This document shows positions 57,238 to 64,000 of a DNA stretch of 64,000 nt, one piece after another. Every line of letters begins with the position of its first letter. Within the stretch, counting starts at the first letter, position 1. Where the stretch lies: positions 372,001 to 436,000 of IMG/VR virus record IMGVR_UViG_3300032236_002285. The stretch is one strand, 5' to 3'. The position numbers and the translations under genes were made by a program. The notes below the pieces were generated by a model. The model worked only from the letters and a program-made list of their open reading frames with translations. It did no database searches and had not been told where the DNA came from.

Positions 57238-58323
57238 TTGAAAAATAAATCTACATACACAACACCTACACTGAATCTTAATGTAAATAAAGATGATGCT
57301 GAATTAAATGACTTTTTATATTGTTGGGAACAATTTGGAACTCGTCCTAATAAAATAGTTATACATAATACATACTCAACAAAGCCATTTAACCAGCTTT
57401 TATCAGAGTTAATAATTGAAAAAAATTATTTTACAGAGATTTTACCAGCAGAAGATGAGTTTGTCATCAATGATAAAATGTTTGTTAAAATAACAGATGA
57501 AGTTTATTGCGCATATGTGGTTGTTGATAGAAAACATGAAAACTCTATTATCAGCGAACTAACATTCTTTTACAAATCAGAAGAAGATTTCAAAACTATT
57601 CAAGAAATTGTAGAAGATCTAAATACTTGCACACTTAATTTTCAAGAAGAAGAATCTAATAATCTAAATACAATTGCGCTAAGCACTACCAGTGGTTTAG
57701 AAATAGAGCCTATTGAAATGTCTGAGCTAGATATTGATAATTTTGATTTGTATTACACAAAGAGTACCGGTAAAGATATTAACAAACTAGTAAAAGAGAT
57801 TAAAAAATCTGATAAAGGTTTAAGTATATTATACGGTGAAAGAGGAACAGGTAAAACATCAGTTATTAACTTCTTAGCATCTAAACTTGATAGAATTGTA
57901 ATATTCATACCAAATAGTATGATTGAACACACTATAAACAATCCAGAGTTTAGAAAATTCTTAAAAAGATATACCAAACCGGTAATTGTAATTGATGATT
58001 GTGAGATGATGTTTCATGAATATTTTAATAAATCAAATATGTTTGTAAATAATCTTTTACAAATGGTAGATGGTTTCTTATCTGATTCAATGGAGGTAAA
58101 TGTAGTTGCTATATTTAATGTTAATAGTGATGATGAAATAGACCATTCTCTTTTAGAGTCAAATAACTTGATAAGAGTTATTGAATTTGATCATTTATCA
58201 TCTGAAGAAGCAACGGATTTATCTGAATTTATAGGATACAAAAAGCAATATAAAAACAAAACAAAGGTTTTAGATATAATAAGGAATAGAAAACCAAAGG
58301 ATGTGAAGGAGTTTGGTTTGTAA
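57238..58323 (+). CDS. AAA+ ATPase
   Basis: Walker A GERGTGKT; Walker B IVIDDCE; NLLQMVDG. Confidence 0.8.
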   Translation: MKNKSTYTTPTLNLNVNKDDAELNDFLYCWEQFGTRPNKIVIHNTYSTKPFNQLLSELIIEKNYFTEILPAEDEFVINDKMFVKITDEVYCAYVVVDRKHENSIISELTFFYKSEEDFKTIQEIVEDLNTCTLNFQEEESNNLNTIALSTTSGLEIEPIEMSELDIDNFDLYYTKSTGKDINKLVKEIKKSDKGLSILYGERGTGKTSVINFLASKLDRIVIFIPNSMIEHTINNPEFRKFLKRYTKPVIVIDDCEMMFHEYFNKSNMFVNNLLQMVDGFLSDSMEVNVVAIFNVNSDDEIDHSLLESNNLIRVIEFDHLSSEEATDLSEFIGYKKQYKNKTKVLDIIRNRKPKDVKEFGL

Positions 58324-58340
58324 AAAAAATATATATACAC

Positions 58341-58682
58341 ATGATTTCAGAACTAAAAGATGACGAAATATTAGATTTCTTGATGACTTCCGACTTCGAA
58401 GATGATTATTCTCCAACAGAGCTAAAATATCTATTGGTTAAATGGAGATATTTTTACAGACTTCAAAACGGTGCGTTAGAAAGAAGGTCAGTTGATTTAG
58501 AAGGTAAAATAAGAATTTTAGAAGAAAAAGTTAATGCTCAAGAAAGAGAGAAAACAAATCTTCAAATTCAATTAGCTGATAGTCAAAACACCATCGATAG
58601 TATGAAAAACAGAAATCTTACCTTCAAGGAAAGATGGTCTGGAAAAATTATTCTAAAAGAAGATGAAAATACAAGAGTTTAA
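58341..58682 (+). CDS. Coiled-coil hypothetical protein
   Basis: Heptad pattern; LTFKERWSGKI near the C-terminus. Confidence 0.7.
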   Translation: MISELKDDEILDFLMTSDFEDDYSPTELKYLLVKWRYFYRLQNGALERRSVDLEGKIRILEEKVNAQEREKTNLQIQLADSQNTIDSMKNRNLTFKERWSGKIILKEDENTRV

Positions 58683-59787
58683 AAAACTAGAAGAGAAAAT
58701 AACGGGTCAAGACTTCAATAGAGGTTATAAAAACATTAATACTTTAATGCTTATACTTTCTATTTTTGGACACTTTGCCTCTATTTTCTTGGCTTATTTT
58801 ATGGTTTCTAAAGTTTTATCAGGTGCTATGACTGATAACCCTGTTGCTGTGTTCATAGCTTCAATCGTAATCCTTTCTGGATTAGAGTTATTAAAAAGAG
58901 ATATCTTTGATAAATTCAGTATTCAATACTTGAAATTCAAATCATTTACAAAAGAAGTTTTACCGCTTTTTATTTTAAGTGTTGCTATTATAAGTATATC
59001 TTTCTACTCATCTATATCAGGTGCTAAAGAGTTTTCATCTAAAGCCGCAGTGATTGAGCAAAACAAAAAAGAAGTGGTTAGTCAGTTTGCTGATAGTTTA
59101 ACTAAAATTTATGATGCTAAAGTATCTGAAATTGATAGTGAAATTAAATCAGATAAAGATAAAATTGATGCTAAAGATAAAGAACAAACAGATCTTGAAG
59201 CTATTCAACCACCTACTCGTTCTCAAAGATCTAGAATTAAAGACTTAAAAGATGAGAAGACTATTTTAAGAAATGAGATTACTAAATTTGAAAGTGATCA
59301 AAATAATATTAAAGCTGAGCTTGCTACTAAGTTAAAAGAACATGAAACTGAAGTAAGTAAAGATGCTGATAGTAAAAAGAAAGATAACAGCTCTAACTCT
59401 TTAGCATTTGTTTTAATATCAACTTTGATTGAATTGGTTATCTTAGCTGGTGTTTATTTCAATGAGTATTATAAATTCAGATCGTATAGAGAATTTAGAA
59501 ATAAAATTGAAAAAGATCCTAACTATCAAAAATGGATGCTTTACGACCAAATGTTACACATTGTTTACACAGAAGATTCTAAAATGAATCAAAAACTACC
59601 AGCTAATAAAGGTATTGCTGATATGTGTAAAGTAAATGATATCATTGTTATGCCTAAAGATATCACAGATTTCTTAAAAGTTATGAACGGTCTTGGTATT
59701 ATTAAAACATCTGGTTCAACTAGGTATATAAATAAGCAAAGAGATTTAGCTTTTGAGATTTTAAGAAGACATTTTAATATTCAATAA
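58663..59787 (+). CDS. Membrane protein with a long coiled coil
   Basis: Three N-terminal TM helices, a coiled coil, then a fourth TM helix. Confidence 0.7.
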   Translation: MKIQEFKKLEEKITGQDFNRGYKNINTLMLILSIFGHFASIFLAYFMVSKVLSGAMTDNPVAVFIASIVILSGLELLKRDIFDKFSIQYLKFKSFTKEVLPLFILSVAIISISFYSSISGAKEFSSKAAVIEQNKKEVVSQFADSLTKIYDAKVSEIDSEIKSDKDKIDAKDKEQTDLEAIQPPTRSQRSRIKDLKDEKTILRNEITKFESDQNNIKAELATKLKEHETEVSKDADSKKKDNSSNSLAFVLISTLIELVILAGVYFNEYYKFRSYREFRNKIEKDPNYQKWMLYDQMLHIVYTEDSKMNQKLPANKGIADMCKVNDIIVMPKDITDFLKVMNGLGIIKTSGSTRYINKQRDLAFEILRRHFNIQ

Positions 59788-59788
59788 T

Positions 59789-60595
59789 ATGTATATAGAT
59801 TCTGTAATGAATTACACGGGAAGTAAATTCAAGCTACTTGAACAATTACTTCCCGTTTTTGATTATACAAAACCTTACTTTGTAGATGTATTTGCCGGTG
59901 GTGGCTCAATCTACACAAATGTCGTTGATAAGTATCAAAAGGTATTAGTCAATGATGTTATATCTGATTTAGTCGGAATACATCAAAATCTTCTATTAGG
60001 AGACGAAATTATTCAAACAACTAAAGAACTATGCCCGGGTAAAAATAACCCAACCAAGTTCGCCGAATTGAGAAATTCATACAATTTAGAACCAACACCT
60101 GCTAAACTTTGGGCTTTGATGTTATCATCAACTAATAATATGATGAGGTTCAATCAAAAGTTCAAGTATAATCAAACTTATGGTGATAGAGGTTGGAATG
60201 CTAACACTGATAAGAAGGTAGAAACATTTACTAATCATATCAGACAATACAAAGAAAGGATTAAATTCATTTCTAAACCATTTGATCAGATAGAGATATC
60301 TTCAAATAAAATTATGTTTTATTGTGATCCGCCATACAAAAACTCAAATGCTGGTTATAACGCATATTGGAAAAATGAAGATGAGGATAAGTTATATGAA
60401 TATCTAAAAAAAATAGACAACCATGGTTCTTCATTTATGGTATCTGGAGTTTTAAAACATAATAATATTGAATCTGAGTTGTTAAAAAAACTGATATCAG
60501 ATGGATATAAGTATAAAGAGTTAAGATTTGATTATAATAAGGTCTCAAGAGTTGGTAAAAAAGAAACAACGGAGATTATAGTTATGAACTATTAG
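59789..60595 (+). CDS. Dam-like N6-adenine DNA methyltransferase (T4 Dam-like)
   Basis: NYTGSKFKLL, FVDVFAGGGS, RFNQKF.YN, DPPY, EIIVMNY. Confidence 0.9.
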   Translation: MYIDSVMNYTGSKFKLLEQLLPVFDYTKPYFVDVFAGGGSIYTNVVDKYQKVLVNDVISDLVGIHQNLLLGDEIIQTTKELCPGKNNPTKFAELRNSYNLEPTPAKLWALMLSSTNNMMRFNQKFKYNQTYGDRGWNANTDKKVETFTNHIRQYKERIKFISKPFDQIEISSNKIMFYCDPPYKNSNAGYNAYWKNEDEDKLYEYLKKIDNHGSSFMVSGVLKHNNIESELLKKLISDGYKYKELRFDYNKVSRVGKKETTEIIVMNY

Positions 60596-60683
60596 ATATA
60601 TTTAAATATATTGATCCTCCCTATTAAAAATCCAAAGAAAGCGCACTTTTTAATATATAAACCATAAAAAATAAAAATAAATT

Positions 60684-60899
60684 ATGGAATACTTAGACAA
60701 ATACGATAAATTGGTTAAGTTACTTACAGAAGATTTTGAGATTGAAGGTAAGAATTTTAATCTAAAAGATGACTTTGAAAAGTTCTTCGTAAAAGGCAAC
60801 AAAACTGCAGGCACTCGTATTAGAAAAGCAATGCAAGAGTTAAAGAAATTATCTCAAGAAGTTAGAAATGATGTTCAAGAGTATAAAACTAAAATCTAA
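60684..60899 (+). CDS. Histone H1-like (Hc1 family) nucleoid protein
   Basis: DFEKFFVKGNKTAGTRIRKAMQELKKLSQEVRNDVQ; TAATATATA at 60651-60659. Confidence 0.8.
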   Translation: MEYLDKYDKLVKLLTEDFEIEGKNFNLKDDFEKFFVKGNKTAGTRIRKAMQELKKLSQEVRNDVQEYKTKI

Positions 60900-60911
60900 T
60901 GAAAAGATATT

Positions 60912-60938
60912 AAAACCCATCTCAAAAAGATGGGTTTT
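60912..60938 (+). terminator. Rho-independent terminator
   Basis: aaaacccatct-caaaa-agatgggtttt. Confidence 0.8.
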
Positions 60939-60976
60939 GCTTTTTAATATATAATTATACAAATAAGATTTATAAT

Positions 60977-61561
60977 ATGAAAAAGTTCAGTAACATATCA
61001 AACGTAAAGGTTTCAGAAGAACCTAAAATAGAAGTTAAACAATTAAACGAAGAAGAAATGTTTAAGGTTAAGGTAATGAACCTTATGGAACAACTTCTTT
61101 CTGTAAGAACTTATGGCCCGGTTGATAGATATCTAAGAGCCGGTAACATTAAAGTTGTTGGTAAAGAAATGTTTTTAGAAGCTTTAATGGACTTACTAAA
61201 AGATAAATCTTCAAAAGATGAAAAGAAAATATTAGAATCACTTAAAGCTGAAGTTTCCAACTGGGAAGTGATTGATTCTAAAATTGATGAAGTAAATCAA
61301 AAAATTGCTGAGAATCAAGAAAAGGATAAAATGATTCCTCATAGAAACAAGCTCAAATCTCTTTATAATAACTACGGTCAAGACGAAGAAATGTTTATGA
61401 ACATGGTTCAAGAAGCTTGTAACAAAATTACAAATAGCGAAACAGCTTATTTAAGAGGTTTAACAGCCGAATATATGGCTAATGAAGGTAAATACCCAAA
61501 AGAAGTATTTGCTAAAGTATCTGAATTATTTAAAGAAAAATCTAAACAATTAGGCTCATAA
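60977..61561 (+). CDS. Putative late helical protein with a weak N-tag (MKKFS)
   Basis: TAATATATA at 60945-60953. Confidence 0.7.
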   Translation: MKKFSNISNVKVSEEPKIEVKQLNEEEMFKVKVMNLMEQLLSVRTYGPVDRYLRAGNIKVVGKEMFLEALMDLLKDKSSKDEKKILESLKAEVSNWEVIDSKIDEVNQKIAENQEKDKMIPHRNKLKSLYNNYGQDEEMFMNMVQEACNKITNSETAYLRGLTAEYMANEGKYPKEVFAKVSELFKEKSKQLGS

Positions 61562-61568
61562 TTAATTA

Positions 61569-61823
61569 ATGACTGATCTAACAGACAATCAACTTGAAAA
61601 GCTTTATGCTATGTCTGAAATCCACTACAAATGGTTCCAGATATATTCTCCTGAGACTAAATATGAAGATGTTTTAAAGCTTAATCATATAAAGATGTTA
61701 AGTATAATGGAAGGTTGTTCTGATTGTTCAGAAGATATGTTAGATTTTATTTTTGATGCTATTATTAGAGATTATAAAGAAATGTTAAATGATTATTCAA
61801 TTGGCTTAGACGATATTATCTAA
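61569..61823 (+). CDS. Hypothetical protein
   Basis: ORF within the operon. Confidence 0.6.
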   Translation: MTDLTDNQLEKLYAMSEIHYKWFQIYSPETKYEDVLKLNHIKMLSIMEGCSDCSEDMLDFIFDAIIRDYKEMLNDYSIGLDDII

Positions 61824-62186
61824 GTTCTTTCTTCTGCGATACTTTTGTTTTGACTTTTCCACTTCATCTTCGTTGTTTCCGTACATATAGTTATAATAAT
61901 AAAGAAGTGTTGCGTCTTGTAAGTTTTCTTTAATACAATCATCACAAATAGCAATCACGAATTGATCACCATCATGTGTTGAACCATAACCAGCGTCAAT
62001 GATATGAATTATACCATTATCAATCATTTCATTATTGACATTAACCAAACTACCATCTTCTCTTCTTTCTCTTTTCCAAATAACATCCTCTTCACTTTGA
62101 GGGGGTGAATCTTCAGTTGAGATTTTAGAACCCATTCTTGGTGTATAAGGAATTACATTATTTTTCTTACAACAGATGCAATACAT
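61806..62186 (-). CDS. C-tagged Zn-binding protein
   Basis: CICC...AGYGSTHD..ICDDC; ends RRRKNLDNIV. Confidence 0.7.
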   Translation of the reverse strand: MYCICCKKNNVIPYTPRMGSKISTEDSPPQSEEDVIWKRERREDGSLVNVNNEMIDNGIIHIIDAGYGSTHDGDQFVIAICDDCIKENLQDATLLYYYNYMYGNNEDEVEKSKQKYRRRKNLDNIV

Positions 62187-62335
62187 TAGTTAAATATCTT
62201 TTTAATTTTTTTCATTCTTTTCTTTTCTCTACTTAATGGTCTGTTATAAGTTATAATAGAAGATATTCTTGTTTCTAAATTAGGTAGAAACCTTATTTTA
62301 GCACCTGGCTTTAACTCAAAGAATTCTTTTTTCAT
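62186..62335 (-). CDS. C-tagged 49-aa protein (absent from the ORF track)
   Basis: MKKEFFELKPGAKIRFLPNLETRISSIITYNRPLSREKKRMKKIKKIFN; coupled to both neighbours. Confidence 0.7.
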   Translation of the reverse strand: MKKEFFELKPGAKIRFLPNLETRISSIITYNRPLSREKKRMKKIKKIFN

Positions 62336-62517
62336 ATATCAAATATGTTTTTAATTTTTTTCATTCTTCTGCTTTGCTTAGAAGGAAACTTCATTGTCAT
62401 AAAAGATGGATAAATAATTCTATCGTAGTTTTTAATACTATCTTGAATTTTACCCTTCTGTTCTTTTCTAAGTGATGCTAGTTCTTCTAACATCTTCTTC
62501 ATTTGTTCTTCGTTCAT
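62332..62517 (-). CDS. C-tagged small protein
   Basis: Ends RRMKKIKNIFDI. Confidence 0.7.
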   Translation of the reverse strand: MNEEQMKKMLEELASLRKEQKGKIQDSIKNYDRIIYPSFMTMKFPSKQSRRMKKIKNIFDI

Positions 62518-62657
62518 AGATTAAACAAGTTCTTTATTTTCTCTTTTCTTTTTGTTCGTCTTGATGGTAGAATAGTTACTGAATGTGTTAAAGAGGATAT
62601 ACCACCTTGTAATCCACTTGGTAAAGTAAAAACAAAATCAAAATTCTTTATATTCAT
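62514..62657 (-). CDS. C-tagged 47-aa protein (absent from the ORF track)
   Basis: MNIKNFDFVFTLPSGLQGGISSLTHSVTILPSRRTKRKEKIKNLFNL; ATGA overlaps on both sides. Confidence 0.7.
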   Translation of the reverse strand: MNIKNFDFVFTLPSGLQGGISSLTHSVTILPSRRTKRKEKIKNLFNL

Positions 62658-63496
62658 TTCTCTGCTACTTTTCTAAAGTCAGTTAAGATAGTGTTTCTTA
62701 GTTCTCTGAACTCTTCATCTAATTCCTCCCAAGTCCATCTTTTTCTTTTAATCTTATCCCAAATAAAGTTAGCACAAGAAAAATCTGTAATACGACCTGA
62801 CGTTGCTATTTGAGTAGCAAACATAGGAATTCTCAATGAGTGAAAAAGAGATTTAACTCCGGTGTGGTATTCGTCAGTTAGTTCTAATTTCTTTTTGCAC
62901 TTGACCCAGCTATTAGAACTTATATGAGAAGTTGCGTGTCTGAGTTTAGCTAAGTTGATTTTGAAATTATCAAACTTGATAGTTTCTTTTAACTTAGCCC
63001 AATCTGGTGCCCAAATACATTCTAGATTGTTTATACGATGCCATTCTAAATCAGCTTTGAACTTATCAGGAGTGTAAACGTGAATGTTGAATAAACCATT
63101 ACGAATCTCAGTTGATTCAACAGAGTTGTTAGCGATCATAATAATATCCCAATCAGAATCAGAGGTAGCTGTTCCGTATACCTGAGACCCGAAGATGTAC
63201 ACGTTAAAGACCCGACTTGGGTGTATCTTTGATGCTTTAATTATTGTTTCTAATGTTGGTATCATTATCTTATCTATTTTAATATTTCTTACTGCTGATG
63301 GATCTAAACTCTCTAAAATCCCCTCAATACAATCTTGACAAAGAATTGAAACTCCACCATCTAATGTGTGTATAGAAGCACACTTCACAACGTGAGAGTC
63401 ACAACCATCACATATCTTATTATCATCAACAAACATTAGAGATGCTTTAAGTACTTGTGGTCTTTCTGGAAACTTAGATAAGTGTATTTTTCTCAT
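62654..63496 (-). CDS. Pol-beta-type nucleotidyltransferase fused to an N-terminal Zn-finger/tag module
   Basis: YIFGSQVYGTATSDSDWDIIMI; KSLFHSLRI; N-terminal CDGC..CQDC then RNIKIDKI-M. Confidence 0.8.
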   Translation of the reverse strand: MRKIHLSKFPERPQVLKASLMFVDDNKICDGCDSHVVKCASIHTLDGGVSILCQDCIEGILESLDPSAVRNIKIDKIMIPTLETIIKASKIHPSRVFNVYIFGSQVYGTATSDSDWDIIMIANNSVESTEIRNGLFNIHVYTPDKFKADLEWHRINNLECIWAPDWAKLKETIKFDNFKINLAKLRHATSHISSNSWVKCKKKLELTDEYHTGVKSLFHSLRIPMFATQIATSGRITDFSCANFIWDKIKRKRWTWEELDEEFRELRNTILTDFRKVAEK

Positions 63497-63714
63497 ATTC
63501 CTAATTCTTTTAACTTGTCGTCTCTTAATTTACTAAGCAATTCATACTTACTACGAATGAATCTTGTTTCACCAATACAATTACCATTATCATCTTCTAA
63601 ATCAAGACCTCTAATGTCATCATCACCTGTAATAGTGAACTGATGTCCTTTCTTATATACTTTACCGTTAAATTCAAAGTCCTCTAAAAAAACTACTCTG
63701 TCTCCAATTCTCAT
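63493..63714 (-). CDS. C-tagged small beta-rich protein
   Basis: MRIGDRVVF; ends LRDDKLKELGI. Confidence 0.75.
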   Translation of the reverse strand: MRIGDRVVFLEDFEFNGKVYKKGHQFTITGDDDIRGLDLEDDNGNCIGETRFIRSKYELLSKLRDDKLKELGI

Positions 63715-63953
63715 TTTAATATTTTATTTATTTGTTGTTCTCTAAATTCTTCTAACGTCATAAAATGTTTAGCATCCATCTTCCTAAACTTACCATCATC
63801 ACACTTGATAACATATGATGGTGCTACAGGTTTTAATGTAACTGGATCATAAATAACAGGAGTCAATTCACACTCATAAAAGCTACCTGGCTTTACATAG
63901 TAAGCCATTTCATCAACTGGTGATATAGTATCTTTAAGATAGAGTGTAGCCAT
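63711..63953 (-). CDS. C-tagged small beta-rich protein
   Basis: YVIKCDDG..HFMTLEEFREQQINKILK; TATCTTTG at 63958-63965 (-). Confidence 0.75.
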   Translation of the reverse strand: MATLYLKDTISPVDEMAYYVKPGSFYECELTPVIYDPVTLKPVAPSYVIKCDDGKFRKMDAKHFMTLEEFREQQINKILK

Positions 63954-63976
63954 TTTACAAAGATAGTTATTTTTAT

Positions 63977-64000
63977 TTAGATTCCTAATTCACTTAACTT
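63977..64000 (-). CDS. 3' end of another C-tagged gene (truncated by the window)
   Basis: Reads ...KLSELGI-stop. Confidence 0.55.
   Translation of the reverse strand, partial: KLSELGI

Noticed and set aside
2723-57977. Short nested or antisense ORFs (e.g. 2723, 5278, 7269, 8618, 8952, 10338, 11212, 12998, 13249, 15372, 16703, 18680, 22508, 27259, 30250, 30540, 33382, 34922, 37356, 38379, 39860, 40323, 42451, 42776, 43081, 45989, 48289, 50343, 53564, 55125, 57753)
   Set aside because: They lie within or opposite better-supported genes, have atypical composition, and lack the promoter motifs and tags.
1-64000. Bacterial chromosome origin, suggested by prs, folD, folA, galE, coaE and pit
   Set aside because: These genes are scattered among tiny unknown ORFs, a baseplate gene, homing endonucleases and phage-type promoter motifs, with no bacterial operon context.
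1-64000. Alternative genetic code (stop-codon reassignment seen in some large phages)
   Set aside because: Recognisable enzymes are full length under the standard code, and TAA, TAG and TGA all end genes at sensible positions.

Overview
This is a 64-kb, very AT-rich, gene-dense segment of a large tailed phage, most likely a jumbo myophage of a Bacteroidota host. Evidence for phage: a T4 gp6-like baseplate gene, a Gly-Ser-Ser repeat fibre gene, two homing endonucleases and many tiny unknown ORFs. Evidence for the host: Bacteroidota-type TTTG-N19/20-TAnnTTTG promoters, no Shine-Dalgarno sequences, and DUF2490, Hc1-like and Skp-like genes. The standard genetic code fits. The window holds three tRNAs without an encoded CCA, a CCA-adding enzyme, a 2H phosphoesterase, metabolic genes (coaE, pit, galE, prs, folD, folA, gmk-like, two MazG-like), two Dam-type methylases, nucleases and AAA ATPases. 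The most striking pattern is a two-tag, three-promoter organisation. (1) About 20 diverse proteins, including the CCA-adding enzyme, a P-loop kinase and two HExxH proteins, start with the same peptide, M-[KR]-[HY]-[LI]-K-x-[FY]-x(0-4)-E. It resembles the T4 capsid-targeting sequence, and all of these genes lie in units headed by a TAATATATA-type box. (2) About 23 other, mostly tiny proteins end in R-x-x-K-[LI]-x-x-[LI]-[LG], and nearly all lie in units headed by host-type promoters or by a recurring TAAAC-N18-TATAA motif. No protein carries both tags. Functional calls come from motif recognition by eye; no database searches were run.
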